Source of the DNA: Daphnia carinata
Taxonomy: Eukaryota
Assembly (NCBI RefSeq): GCF_022539665.2
Contig: NC_081334.1
Location: 1,302,001 to 1,366,000 of the forward strand
Direction: 5' to 3'
Length of the DNA stretch: 64,000 nt
Position 1 is the first letter of the stretch, and the number at the start of each line of letters is the position of its first letter. The notes under the pieces were generated by a model, which did no database searches, was not told the DNA's origin, and worked only from the letters and a program-made list of their open reading frames with translations. Position numbers and translations under genes: made by a program. This document shows, piece after piece, positions 25,196 through 39,200 of this stretch.

Positions 25196-28100
25196 TATTT
25201 TAGTATTACTGTTACTAATAGCGAATGTAGGAGTAAGATTTGGACTTAGAAAAATAAAAGCAAACTGCCCTTTCGTTCACGGTCCATACACTGGCTCACT
25301 ACGCTGAACGCTTACCTTCCTTTGCCTGTACATTGCTTGGCTCGGAAGATCGTAGCCAGAACCCAGGCCCCTTGCCCAATGTGACAGACGTTTTTCAATT
25401 TTATCAGATATTGTACATGAGTTACAGAAAAATCCTAAATTTTTCTCTAGGGTATTTTCTACAGTACCGACAGCCCTTTTTCGTTTCTTCTGTCATTCGC
25501 CTGTGACGATGCTGACAAATTTTTCGTCGACAGAAAATTTGTGCATTTGACATGAAATTACAAATACAGCAAACAGAAAATAACCGTCTTATTCGTTATT
25601 TTCTATTTTTTTACAACCAAACCCACACAGATGTTGTATCTGTACATATAATTTGACTATATACACATGGCTTAGAATGGGAGACAACAATGAGATGTAA
25701 ATATAAATAATGTGTTCTACTTAGCTCTCAATTTCAGAAGAATGGAAGAAAAGAAAAAAATTACTGATTACTCACACGCGCAAAAAAAGAAGTCGTTTCC
25801 AGAGCAATTCTAGTTGTAAGCAACACCCTATTCCTGATGTGATGATTGCAGCAAAGCTCAGAAAAGGATCCATAGCATAACTCCAGACTGCAATCAAATT
25901 CACTGCTACTCACTTTCTGATCATTAATCACAAAAGTCGACTGTTGTTGAATGCAATAGGACAAATGCTGCAGGTGGAACTCAGTAACAACTGGAAGTGG
26001 AATAAAATGAACACACCAGTAGCTAGTACAGAAACACATGTAGCATATTCAAGTTGGTGAGGTGCATAAATTATTTGTTGCACACTAGTCAATGGTAGGT
26101 GCACTAATAGATTATCACTTGAAGAGGCTAAGCCTTTAACAAATCCTAAAGCCAAATGACATAACTTTAGACTAATAAACCATACTTCCATATAATGATT
26201 AAATAATACTTGCCTTTCTTACTCTTAGTTTCACACCATTATTGATATTGTCCTAAACCTTTTTCATCAATACCTTCCACACTTTTACCGCTGATGTAAA
26301 GTTGCTGACGAAGTCAGGAAAAATTCCAAGATCCACATTTATACGGATCTGATTTAATCACAGCATCACATGCACTCTGGTTTCAGCAATGAGAACAAAC
26401 CTATAAATCATTCTTGGCGTAAACATTCTCTGAATTCCTACTTTCTTTTTGCAGTGTTCTACAAAATACAACAAATGTTTTACTAAAATTAGAAAAGTAA
26501 ACTAACTTCGAGGAAAGCACTTGCCGTATACAACATCTTCAACGGCAAACAATAATCCTGAAGTCCCGGGACGCCTAGATGGTAAAATCCTATCCATCAG
26601 ATTTATTTGTATGGGATATACATTCAGATCTATGTCTACCGTCACGTCTGTCATGCATTTTCCACTGCACACGTGATTGGGAATAGCAGCTGTACAAACT
26701 TTGTAAGACTAATCGAATATGGGCTAGCTGTTGTTTTTGATGAGGGATCTCAATCACGAAGCTGACTCTTGCTTGCAGATGTGTTTGTCTATTTGAAGGA
26801 TTACAAATTTAATTGATTAGACGCAACGAGGTCGTCTACTTACCGAAAGCTGATTTACTAGCATTTTGCCTCGGAAATCACCCTTTTTCACACCGAGTCG
26901 CCCGACACAGCTGTTCTAATTTTCCCAACAAGAGATTGACAAAACCAAATTAATTTAAGTATGAAATATACAGCCATAACAATCCAGGTCTGCCAGATTT
27001 CGTATAAAAATCAAAATCTTACCTTTGAAATGCAAACTAAGAACGAAATGAATAGATAGAAAATTCGATTTTGAAGACCACTTTTGTTCGTGTCTGTCAG
27101 TACCGAATAGTTATTCATATCACTGTAAAGCCTTTAAATATTTCTGTAACCATGTGACTTCTTTAAACTACCTTAAGTTAGAACTCTGCAGAAAAACTTC
27201 TTCAATTACCTATACAGCAGTTCCTTCACATGTTTAAGGGAATTGCATTTCCTGCAAAGGCAAAAAGCATTAATGTAAAATTTTTACTTATCCGTTCTAG
27301 TAAAAATAAATTACTTTCAAGCAACTCCTTTGGGCATACATGCACTGGTTAAAATCATCCACCATTTTCACCGACCATAGACAATTTCAATTCAATTGGT
27401 ATGTCAATGCAAGTATCACAAATTCACCTGGGATAAATGGTATGCTCAGAAACCCCTTGAACAGTCTATGTAGTATCAGTCTCTCATACCTAAATACCAC
27501 AAAAGAAGTATCTCACAGCACATAGGCAATTCTTTAGGCATACATCCACAGGTTAAAAATTATTTGCATTTTAACAACCCAAAGCCAATTTTATTCAGGA
27601 GTGTATGTATGTCAAGGAAAAGATCACAAGAATCTCCACTTTACCTGGAAATAAACAATATGCTGGTCATTTCTCATTCACTGCAACATAATACATTTGA
27701 TGGTATTATAGATTGACTACCTGTATAAGGCATTACATTACAAATGTTGCTAGAAAACAATGATAACCTAAGAAATAGTATTTCATTCAAGTTACTATGA
27801 GAGTTCTATTAGTATGCAACTCACCTTAAGGAATTAAATACTTTAATGTTGCACAGCCAGCGCTATGTTTCACCACAACAATATCCAACAAGTAATTGTA
27901 CCTGAAAGACCACAAAACAGATGGAAAGTTGTAAACTACAGTACAGGTGATTTTTCCCACATCAATTACTTACAGAAGTAGTGTCCCTGTGGTTTACTAC
28001 ACGAGTCAAGAGGAAATTAGCTTACAAGTTCAAGCATTAACTTTAATTGTTAAGTAAAAATACCAAGATGTGTGGAAGTGAAATTATCCATGTCACAGCT

Positions 28101-28426
28101 GCTAGAACTTTCTGAACATCCAACTCTTACGCAAAACATTTTTCAATTCATTATCTTTCTTCATTTAACCTATATCGAGAAAATTAAACAAAGATCAGTC
28201 TAGAAAACGTTTGCTTGTCTAAGTTAATATATACCCGTAGAATTCATCGAATGCCAAGAATTTCTGACGAGCTTAAGGTAGCAGGCAACGCCACGTAACG
28301 GACATACCCAGTGAGGCTTGCAAGGAAATCTGTTGGCTATCAGGGTAAGTTGGATCTGAGCACCATACATCTGAGCACCATATATTGGTAGATTCGCACA
28401 CCACCTGTTGGAAAACAGCCCAAACA

Positions 28427-28654
28427 CCATCCAGTGGACGAAAAGGGAAGTAGCTTGCTTCCATCTAGTGGACGAAAAGGGGAGTAGCTTGCTTGCCATC
28501 TAGTGGACGAAAAGCGAAGTAACTTGCTCGCCATCTAGTGGACGAAAAGGGGAGTAGCTTGCTTGCCATCTAGTGGAAGAAAAGGCAACGAAAAGGGAAA
28601 TAGCTTGTTCGCCATCTAGTGGACGAAAAGGGAAGTAGCTTGCTTACCATCTAC
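28427..28654 (-). repeat. Tandem array, ~6 x 35 bp (CCATCTAGTGGACGAAAAGGGAAGTAGCTTGCTTG)
   Basis: Units start at 28427, 28461, 28496, 28531, 28566, 28612 and 28647. The minus strand reads CCACTAGATGGCR in most units. Confidence 0.95.
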
Positions 28655-31033
28655 GAGTTAAACAAACTTAATATTAAAATCATACTAGTTACAAGAAAAA
28701 TATTGCCTTGTTACCTTTCACGTACGCCACTTTCACCACCACCTCACTATTATCTGTTTGCGATTCTTGGAACAAGCAAACCAAGCTATGTAATAATAAA
28801 ATATCTTTGTTAATTAGCTAGCAGATTGACAGTAACCTGGAATAAATCACCAAAGTAAATGTTATTTTACTAAATAAGGAATATCATTCAATATTTGTGT
28901 GAACGTAGAACACAAATGTCAAAAAAACAAAAAGTTGGGTTAATGCACCCATAATCACCCATAACTAAAGCAGTATTATTTGCTATCAATTCTGGGACAG
29001 GCTAACAAAGCTATGTAGCTACATTATATTTTATGATCAGCTAGCAAAGACTGGCAGCAATCTGAAATAAAATATGAAAATTAATTTTGTTCTACTTTAA
29101 CATTAACACAATAGGACATAAAACTCAGAAAAACAAATAGTTGCTTAATTGATCCTTACTTTAACATTTTAGCAGTGACTTGCCCTTGATTGCTGATATT
29201 TGAAACCTAGTTTTCAACAAAAAGAAAGTTATGATTTATGCAGACTCAGATAAAATCTGCTGAACGTACTTTAATATGTTGAAAATTTGATGTCCTGCAA
29301 TTTCATTGCCCACTGGCTGTGATACTGTTTAGTCCTAAATAAGTGAAAAGAAATTTTCTTTTACACACATGCTTTAAAAATCAAATTATAAATACAAAAT
29401 CTAACGAATTAATTCAATTACAGTCATCATGGTACATACCGAAAGTCCCACATCCGCCGCAGTTAAAGAAACGCTGTTAAAAACTTCACAAGGTATACTA
29501 TCTGACGAAGAATTCCAGGGGTAGTGACGGCTGCATAAACCCGTGGGCCTGCACGTGTTACGATCTAGTGGCTCATCAGTACCCTAAAACTGACCATTTC
29601 GGTATATCACCATTTTACAGCGCCTGAGTGTTCAACTAGCTGTAACTGGTTTTTTACCACACTGGCATCCCAAGACACTTTCTCTTCTTCAATGCATTGT
29701 CGTATGAGCGTAGAATAACAGTAACGCTACCTAACCGTGACTCCCACTCACAGCCATGCGCGGCATCTAGTGGTGATTCACATCCGCAGCACATTTAATG
29801 AGATGACTAGCGGCAGCGCCAGCTTTTTATTATATGGTGGTCTAAAATTTTGAATACTGTTTGCGTATGGACATTTTCACAGAAACATCTCTGGACGTGG
29901 AACTGCACTTCTTTTCCAGCACTGTCTCCTGATATAAGTACCAAGTATCTAAAATGTAATAAATACCAAACCATCATCATTAGATGTTTCTTCATTTTCG
30001 GTTGCGACATTTAACATTGCAAACCCTTAAGGAAATCCATGGACATCCTAATTAACACCAGTACATATTTTCTGGCCATCTTCAATTGTCTTTATTGGGT
30101 AATTATTATGCTCTTCCTTCAACAAACAAAAATGAGGTTTTGTTCTGTAGTACTTACAAAAAAAAATGCTAACAAATAAAACTAAGTTAATAGCTAGTGA
30201 GTAGAACTAAATCTGCCATACCTTGTGTAAATGAGTGCACACAACATTCCATCCATGCTGCCAATAAATGGCATTTCTAGCACAACTGGAAATAGCCTGA
30301 AACTTGAAAAATTTTCTTGCTCAAATTATTGATTACATTTTAAAAACCAACTCCTATAACCTCTTACATTTTTTTAGTAACATTTTAAAAAACTTCAATT
30401 AAAAAATAACAACTGTATCAAACTTCAGCATCAATACCTGTTTAACTTAGGCAGATAAGACAAAATAACCAAATTGTGCCAATGTCAATAACTTTCAACT
30501 TCACATTTCAATACTTCATTGTTGGATAGGGCATAGGAGTTAGTCGATTAAAAGGTTTGGCACTTTGTAATACCACTCTGTGCAGGAAATGTGCCTTGCT
30601 GTCCCCAAGATAAAAAAAACCATTTTAAAATACAAAGTTTAAATGCTGATTTTCTTTGAGTGCCAGAAAAAAAAAAGAAAAGAAGCATATTAACGAATTG
30701 AACTAACTTCAATCTTTTACCTTTTTCGGAGATATTACACTCGTCAGTGTCTTTTAATAACTTCAGCTTTCCGGTGTTCAAAAGCTTCCTGTTCAAATTA
30801 GGATACCCAATTTTCGCAACATACGTGTGCAGTTGTAAAATTTCAATTTCTAGTATTATCAACGATTTTTTTTTTGCTTCCCATAGAATCTTATCGTTGA
30901 CGTTCATGGCACGGTTAAAAAAAATATGGAATGGTGATGAAGAGAGCGTGGCGTAGGCTTTAAGATGTTTCTGAACTCTTAAGCTCTGAACACGTTGGCC
31001 GCCATGTTGAAACTACGAGTCTAACGCTGTAAC

Positions 31034-32812
31034 CAGTGTTTCCACTTTCCGCAAAGGTATCCCTAGAACGTTGCCAGACTTTAAAAAAATAAAATCCCCA
31101 GAAAAATCCCTGTTACTTTCATGGCATACTCACATGGCCTACTATAATAACGGCCTGCAAGCGGCCTGCAGCGCCCTGCAGCCTAAAACTGCATTGTAAC
31201 ACCCCAAACTTAAACACTGTTTGGTAACGAATTTTCCGGAAATGGGAAACGAAAAACAGTGGAAAGTGGAACCTAGCACCGGTGTTAGATACAAAAACTT
31301 ACGGGTAGCGAATTGGGTCACATATCCCGATGATAAGCTGCCTGCATCCACGAGCCGTCTTTCAGGCCGTGGGGAGGCTAACGAACAGCCTACGTTCAAC
31401 GCTCACCTTTTCTCTACCTTTCAGCTTGTGGTTCGATCTTCAAGGTAGTACAGTACTACAGATCGATTTTTAGCCTGGCAAGGCTATTTTTGCCAATTTT
31501 AGCCTGGCAAGGCTTTTTTTTGGTGTGCCATTTAGCCCCTTTATAGTAGGCATGGCTCTTCTTTTTTCTCTTTTCTTTTCTCTCTTCTATTTTTCTTTCT
31601 TCTTGTTTTCTCTTCTTTTTTCTCTTTTCTTTTTTCTCTCTTCTTTTTTTTTTTCTTGAAGGCTTAGAATCTTGCGTCTTGATCTGTTGTAGAAGCTTGC
31701 GTAATCCGATGAATCTTGCGTATCTTGAATGAAGATTTGGAGGGAAAGGGAGGGGGGGAAATTGGCGGTGTCGGGACTTGAACCCGGGGCCTTCAGAATG
31801 CGAAGCGAAGGTGGTAACCACTGTGCCAGGACCGCACACCTCAAACAAATTTATTTTTCATCGACCTTCGTTCTAATACCGGAACTATATAATATGTGAC
31901 TAATAGTGGTGTCGCGCTGTGATAGGGCGCTGTGGTATAGCACTGAGATCATACGTCGACTGTCCGTGTTCGGTTCTTATAGACGCCATTGCTTCAAAAA
32001 TTTTTTTATTATTTTTATAAATGTAAATAAAAAAAATAAAATAACCCATTTTATTTATTTTAGAACAGTATTAAAAAAACACATTTTTAAAGCAATTAAC
32101 CAGTGTCCGTCAAAGCCAAACAAGTTACCAGAAAAATTTAAATTGGCTATGGAAATAAAACCATCGGATTGCCCCATCATATTTGTTTAGTTAAGCAATA
32201 AAGATATGGTTTTTTCCAAAAATAATTGTCATCGAACTTTCAACGTTATAAAGCCTCAAGAGAATCACAGCGTTTCCCAATGAACAGTGTGTTGCTCACC
32301 TAGATAACAAAATTGTGTGAGAGGCCTCGGGTTCATCATGTCTCAACAACACATTGTTCATCATGGTTGAACAAAATAGATTCGTAATTCCTACGTATAT
32401 ATTCAAGGAACTCTCCCCAGCTTTTGCAATTGGGTCAAGTGCTTGTCAGAAATTCAGTCGGAGACTTGAGTCTTAAAAAATTCGGCGTGCGATATGTTTG
32501 GCACAGACGTTTGGAGGATCAAATGGAGTTCGTGGTGTATCCTAGTCAGTGTTACTTTCTGAAAAGCGTACCGTTCACCATTGTCCGCTTGGTGGCTCTT
32601 ATTGAGGAACATTTTACTTTTGACGTTGCATAGAAGCGCCAAAAGCAACAGCGGTTTGGCCAAAAATCTCAAAATCCCGAGAAATCCCCAGAAAATTAAA
32701 TAGGCCCTGGATAATCCCGGAAACCCTAGATTTCCATAACTGCACCCTAGATTCCAAAAATTTTCCTTAAATCCCCCTAAATAGGGTAATATCCCTAGAA
32801 GTGGAATGGCTG
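31034..32812. mobile_element. Non-autonomous cut-and-paste DNA transposon (hAT- or P-type)
   Basis: 8-bp TSD GCTGTAAC at 31026-31033 and 32813-32820. Imperfect 14-bp TIRs CAGTGTTTCCACTT / CAGCCATTCCACTT. Subterminal ATCCCTAGA/AAATCCCCAGA motifs occur at both ends. No transposase ORF. Confidence 0.8.
31763..31835 (-). pseudogene. tRNA pseudogene / tRNA-derived repeat (CGC anticodon-like loop)
   Basis: 73 nt GCGGTCCTGGCACAGTGGTTACCACCTTCGCTTCGCATTCTGAAGGCCCCGGGTTCAAGTCCCGACACCGCCA. A and B boxes are present; acceptor and anticodon stems are mismatched. Confidence 0.7.
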
Positions 32813-32934
32813 GCTGTAACGTACCAGTGAGGTAAAATTAACTCCTGATTTGCTGGCATTTAGCAGTGTTGCACTTCTACTGAAACTGAAAACTCAACCA
32901 AATAAATTAAATACTTTAAAAATAAATTTGTTTT

Positions 32935-32983
32935 CATTAGAGCATGGCCTAATATAATCATTATAGTAGGCCATGCATTAGAG
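32935..32983. mobile_element. 33-bp transposon footprint (two fused 16-bp TIR stubs) with 8-bp TSD
   Basis: CATTAGAG-[CATGGCCTAATATAAT C ATTATAGTAGGCCATG]-CATTAGAG. Confidence 0.8.
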
Positions 32984-34628
32984 ACTAAGACGAGTCACCA
33001 CCCACCATTTCATTAATTAGAAAATATTTCGATGTGGCAATGTTGTCGGTGTTGATTGTCAATTTGAATACTGCCACCTTTATTCCTTTTAATCCTTTTC
33101 CTAGAAAAGCAAAAAATATTATTTATTAATTTATGGCACGAACAACGTTTTGTTTAAGTTTTTTTTTATTTTTAGTTTCAAAACGAAAAATTACAATGGA
33201 AGTATCAAAATTTCAATGACAACAAAATGGTTGGATAGAAATAGTTCACTAATTAGCGGAAAAACTGCTTTTTCCAAAACGCAGGTGATGGCAGAGAGAT
33301 AGCCATTCAAAGTGGTATTTTATGTAGGCAATTCAACTATTCATTTTCTTACCTTTATTTGTGCTTTGAGCCTACATTCATTTTCAAAGACTGAATGATT
33401 TCTCTGCTAGATTGGGCAGAATCACATGTTTGTTATTCTGCGGCTGATGTTTGGTTGGCTTTGTAAATTCATTTCATTTACTTAATGTTCCAGGCTTCAT
33501 TGATTCTGTTAAGCGGATGAATAGCCTAGCTGTTATTAAAGGCTATAAATGGATAGAAAGTAAAGCTAATGAGGCTTGTTTAGCTGTCCACTAAGTTACC
33601 AAAATTTCCCAGTGATAAATTCATGTGCTGGAAAATCAAATTAATTTACTTTATAATTTGGTTTCAGGTTTTATGTTTTATTCTTGATTTGATTCAAAAA
33701 TCCACTAACTGTTTGCTGACCAACTCTTTCAGGCACAACCTATCAAAGATTTCACAGCCACACACATTTAAAAGCATTGTGGCAAATAACAAATGATCTA
33801 CATCAGCAAAAGCAGTGTGCTGTATTCTAACAACACCATTCAAAGATTTCATGAACATAATGAAAATCTGTTTTTCAGTCTTCATCGGAAATGACATGAC
33901 AGCAGAAATTGAAAGGGAACTTTTACCTTTTTATTGGTCGTAAAGAAAGGTTTAGTTGTAAAATGCATCCACAGTAGGTGTACCACAAAGTTTTCATATT
34001 AAGTTAAACTAATACTACATAAAAAAGATTTGTATAATTTCCCTTACTTTACCAGCAGGCAACGCGTTAATCTGTCACGAAGTTGTCCCATGGTCGCTTT
34101 TTAATTGTACATAATTTAAAATGCCTTTACATTATGAATTTGAAATTTAAAAATTCATTTAAGAGACAAGACACGGACTTATTTCGACTGAACACACTAG
34201 GAGCAGAGCAGGAAACAAGAATGCAGTCTAGCGGAAGAATAAATGACACGAGTAACGTTTCCAGAAATTCAAAACGATTTCTCAATTTTGATTTAATTTT
34301 ATGTCTGGTTACAAATTCATGATTTCGATTGAAAATTTAAAGAAAATCACTCAAATCTATGACAATAGGACGAATAGGTTCACAGCACGCCAGTCACAAA
34401 TTTGCGAGACAGACCACGTTTAGGATTTAACACAAAAAAAGGAAAAGGAAAAAACCCCTAACCTCCTCTTACTTCTTTAATTCGTACTCCGCCTATTGAA
34501 CTTGGGTTTATTTCATTTGGAAAGTGAAAATAATATTTTTTTTTATGTTGTGTTATATTGAGACGAAACATTTACACGTATTTATATTGTGAGTATTGTT
34601 GTAGGTATACAATTTGTTCGTGAAGAAT

Positions 34629-36297
34629 TCATTTGAAGGATTTGAATGGACGAGATGAGGAAGATGTGAAATGCAGTGGGTCCACATGAATTTGCTGATG
34701 TTGTTGTATTAACATGTCGGTTGTTAGTTGTTGTTGAATAGACTGCCAAAAGAAGACGTGATCCACCAAACGGGGGTTTAATTGAGGTATGGGGCAACTT
34801 CCTTCCACGGGCTCTTGTGTTGTGGAAGCAGAAAATATTGGATTAACTTTGTTATCTTGTGAATCTGAATGTTTCTCCGCTCGATCAGCTTTAGTTTCAA
34901 GTTGACAGGAGTTTGATTCGGGATGAGTTCGCAGGTGTGCTCTTAAGTTGCAGGCTAAGGCAAAACACTTTCCACAGCGCAAACAATTGTGTGGTTTTTT
35001 TCCTGTAAACCAAACAGTCAATAAAGGACAAAAGGGAAAACAATTTACAAAAAGCTTACCAGTATGAAGAAAAAGATGATTCCGCAAATTGGTCTGCTTG
35101 CTAAAACCCCGCTTGCATACATGGCACTGGAAAGGCCAACTACCGTTGTGGACGTACATGTGAGATTTCAAATCTCCCGGCGTGGGGAATGATTTATTGC
35201 ACATCGTACATTTGTGGGGCTTTTCCTGGAACAAAAATAAAAACTGAATTAACGCATCCTCCGATATACGTCAACAGATTGGAGATGTACAGATATATTC
35301 TATTGTTGGTGACCACAAATGTACTTGCCACTTTTCCTTGCAAGGCATGATGTTGTGGTACGCGGTATACCAATCATGTAGTTACCCGACTAACATTTAG
35401 CCTATTAACCATAGCTTACCTTTACGTGAGTCATTCTATGATAATAAAGGTTGGATGAAGCCGTAAATCGTTTTCCGCAGATGGGGCACTGATGTGGTTT
35501 CTCGCCACTATGAATTCTTCGATGAGTATTCAACGAGCTTGAAGTGGAAAACCCTTTTCCGCAAACATCACACACATGCGGTTTTTCACCTGAAATCAGA
35601 TATGCAGAAGAATAGCTATTAGACTATCAATGTTGTAATTCAGGCCTACATTATTTACCAGTGTGCGTGCGTATGTGACGTTTCAGCAACGATGGACGAT
35701 CAAATGCTTTACCGCACACTTGACAGGGCAAAAGAGTCCTTTCACGGTTTCTCCTCGGCATCGGTTGATGACTTGCCGTAACTGACATGACACGGCTATC
35801 GTTCCCTGAAGAGTGAAGATCCTTGGTGGAAACATCTCCTTCGTGAGGAGAAGGGATGTCGTCGTCGGAATCTGTATCGTACAGCGAAACAGTTCTCGAT
35901 TCAGCACTGGTACTGTCAGGACTTAATGCTTTCCTAGGCAGTAAGTCCTGAGTTTTCCGCAATGGGCACGATGAGGCGAGAGGCATAGGCGATACAGTAA
36001 GATCAGCATCACTTTTGAAGCCCAATTGATTGTGAGCACCGACTGAAGGTACAACGTCTCCTGTTAAAATTTGGTTATTTGAAAATTGCTTGCATTCTTT
36101 TGGTTTATAGCTCAAATCCAACGGAAGATCTACAAAATAAGTTTAAAAAACGAATAAAAATTTTCTCATTAGTTTTATATAATTTATGTTTTGTTTTTTA
36201 GCATATTAAAATCAAAGCCTGTTTATACTGTACCATTGGTAGGCGTGACAGAAAAATTGTTTTGCGAAAGAGGAATGTAGAAACAGCTGCCAAACAT
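34629..36297 (-). CDS. Six-finger C2H2 zinc-finger transcription factor with PLDLS motif (5 exons)
   Basis: Exons 36297-36234, 36129-35659, 35589-35420, 35225-35060 and 35002-34629 splice in frame with GT-AG. Translation includes [54 protein letters not shown]. Confidence 0.92.
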
Positions 36298-39200
36298 TTT
36301 AACTTCCACTTTTTTAGGTATATCAAAATGGCTACCGGTTGTAGTGGTTGAAAAGTTCTAATAATCTTGTCTTACCGATGGCTCAACCACAACTGACCGA
36401 TCACCATGAACGATCCATCCTCAAAATATTAAAAAAAAAAAAAATTCACAATGCCCTGGAAAATGGAATCATAACAGCCGCAGCGATATCTCGGGGGTTA
36501 CGCACACAAAAGCGGGACCTCATGCGTCGCAGTGGTAGCGGCCAAGGAAAGAAAAAAAAAAGGAAGGCATCCCAGCTGCTGGTATTGGTCAAACCTTGGC
36601 GATCAAACCTGTGATGTCATTTCTTTTTTTGCTAGCGTGAGCCAATCGTCGTCAAGCTAATCAAGAGCACCTATTCTTATTGGTCTACACCTGTGCTGCA
36701 TTGTCTCTTTTCAGTACACTCGACCATCGAAAAACATGTTCAACAACCAACACAAAGAGAAGCCGTTCTTCTCCGCTTTTTTGTGTGTGATGTGTCCTTT
36801 TCCCACTTTTCTTTCAAGGGACATTCGTCGCGTATATAGGCTACACGTCTTTTACACAATCGATTCCCATTATTGTGATTATTATTATCATGCCCTTTTT
36901 TAATATCACGCTGCCGGTTAGGAATTTGAAATTTGTATGGGACAACAATGGAATTGGTATTGCATCGTCATCTAGCTACTGGTTGTAACAGGACAATCGA
37001 ATCCTATATTTCCTACTTGCTGATGGCTTCTACTTGTACAGTTTGTAGATAACGTTATGTAGTAGTCTACTGTATCCTTTTATATGTGCATAATAGCAGC
37101 AAGTATCGACAAAATATATCAAGAAATAATCAACTAGTGTAAAAATTTTCATTTCAGTTTCAACCATGCTGCATTTTTAGAAACATCATGTAAGAAGAAC
37201 AAACCATAAAGCAATGGAGGTTCTGCCAAATCACATACGTCTGTTCAGCAGATGGTGTTATGCATTAAAAACTGCAATGAAAATTACTAAATCACATCCC
37301 AAATATGCTTTAACTGCTACATTGCTAAGGGTCCTAGTCTAGAAAAAAAAACGAACGCTTAAAAATTCACGTACCAGTTGCTGACATTTAAGATGGTTGG
37401 TCTTAAACAACGTCCAATCATTTCATACCAAGTGTGTCTGTGTTTCTAATTACAGGTGATCTCTGTTTAGTCTTATTTCACAAGTAACCAAGGTGGCATG
37501 AAAAGTACTGCTATTTCAGGATCTGTAGCTCAAAGTCAAAGACAGGAAGTAAACCTGTACAAAGTGGATCAGAGACGCAAGAAAAAAAACCGATGAAACA
37601 AAAATCTAAATCGATTTGGATCCGTTCATAATTGTATGACAGCAAAGGGCCGCCACAATCTCATTTTGTTGTTACCGACTTTCCCAACAAAAAAGGAAAG
37701 AAAAACTAAAAAAAAAAGAGGGCGACTTGCGATAGTTGCCGCCTCACTATATGATGCCAGATCATCGGCAATGGCGGCAGACAATCGATGAGGTGGAAGA
37801 AGGTAAAAGGGCAATATCACTACGGCATCATTAAGGTCTGAAAATAAGAAAAGCCATGAAACGGAAAAAGATAGGTACGTGTTATTGCCTGCTGGGACAA
37901 AGAGAGACCGTTGCAGCACTCTACTTCGGGACGCTTTAAAAAGCGTACCGCCTCGATTCCAAACGACGGACAAGTCCATGATGTCGCACCAAGCAATGTG
38001 AAATCACAACAATGGCTTTGTTTTGGAGACGGCACTTCCGCGAAAAAAGCTTCCATTAAACTATGGGGCTCATTGTTATTTTTAGATCATCGATAAACGC
38101 ATGAAAGAGGGTCAGTTAGTTATTTTTCTTGTCGGTTAACCGTTGCGTTCAGGCAAAAACGTAATGAGCTCGACGAGGTGGTGTTAAAGTTCTTCCAACA
38201 AAAGTTGCAGAAATTGAACACGATTCGGTTATCGAATTGCGATGTATAGTCCTACATGAGATTGCATCTTATACATGCAATGTTGTGTTCCATTACTTGG
38301 CTTGAATTTATTTTTAATTTTGGGATGATTATAAGGTATTCTAGTAGATCATTCTGCCCTGGAGGTCACTTAAACAAGCCTGTAGCCGACAGTTAACCGT
38401 AGCAATAACAACCAGCCATATGGGAAGCAAGCGGAATCGACCAACTACGGGCGACCTTTTTTCTTTGAACATGAAGAAAACCCCCCAGCGCGGGCAATGA
38501 CTAATGACTATCCAGTGTTTTGAAATTCAACAGCTTGATCATAAATAAAGTTATTGTGTCCACGTAGGCTACTCCAATCTATCCTAGCATTAACTTATGT
38601 GGAATCACCATTATGAAAATAGTTAAATGCCCTTTAGATTTGTGGAACTCTGTACAAATACAATTTTACGTAACAAAAACTATTGCACAACGATTGCGAT
38701 AGCCTAGACATTTATAGCAATTACATAAGGGCATTGAAACAAATCTCTTGTTAAACTGGTGCTTTCTTGGAAATGCGAAACAATGTTTTTTGTCTACACA
38801 GAAATTGGATTTTGTTTTTAGACGCATTGCTGCCCGAATTACTTCCATCCTTGACTATAAGAAAACTAATTATTCAAACTGAGGTTGGAGTGTATGGGTA
38901 TTAGTATGCTGGTACTGTGAAGAAAAGATAAATTAACGACTTTTTTGCTAGTGGGGATAATACACCTGCCCCGATTGGTTCCATCCTCGCCTTTGAAAAC
39001 GCCTCCCACTACCTATTGGTCTTCTATTGTATTTCCACAAAAATATCAGGAAGAGTCTTTCGTGTCAAAGAATGAAAACCATTTATCACTTTTCTTTCTG
39101 TACTGCCATCCCTGTTTTTTACCCCCAGTTGGTTTTGTCTATTTTGTTGTTTGTGCCTCCCTTCTTTCGTTTCTCGTTCTACATTAGTAGCTTCATGAAA

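Noticed and set aside
18180..28654. 50-bp and 35-bp arrays as CRISPR
   Set aside because: They are head-to-tail tandem units with no unique spacers, there are no cas genes, and the context is eukaryotic.
25580..31000. Minus-strand multi-exon protein gene
   Set aside because: Many CTTAC donor-like sites suggest splicing, but I could not assemble an open frame or recognise a domain. It may be lncRNA or decayed TE cargo.
31763..31835. Functional tRNA gene
   Set aside because: There are two acceptor-stem mismatches and a broken anticodon stem; it is kept as a pseudogene.
33694..33897. 67-aa minus-strand ORF
   Set aside because: No recognisable homology and no convincing exon chain.
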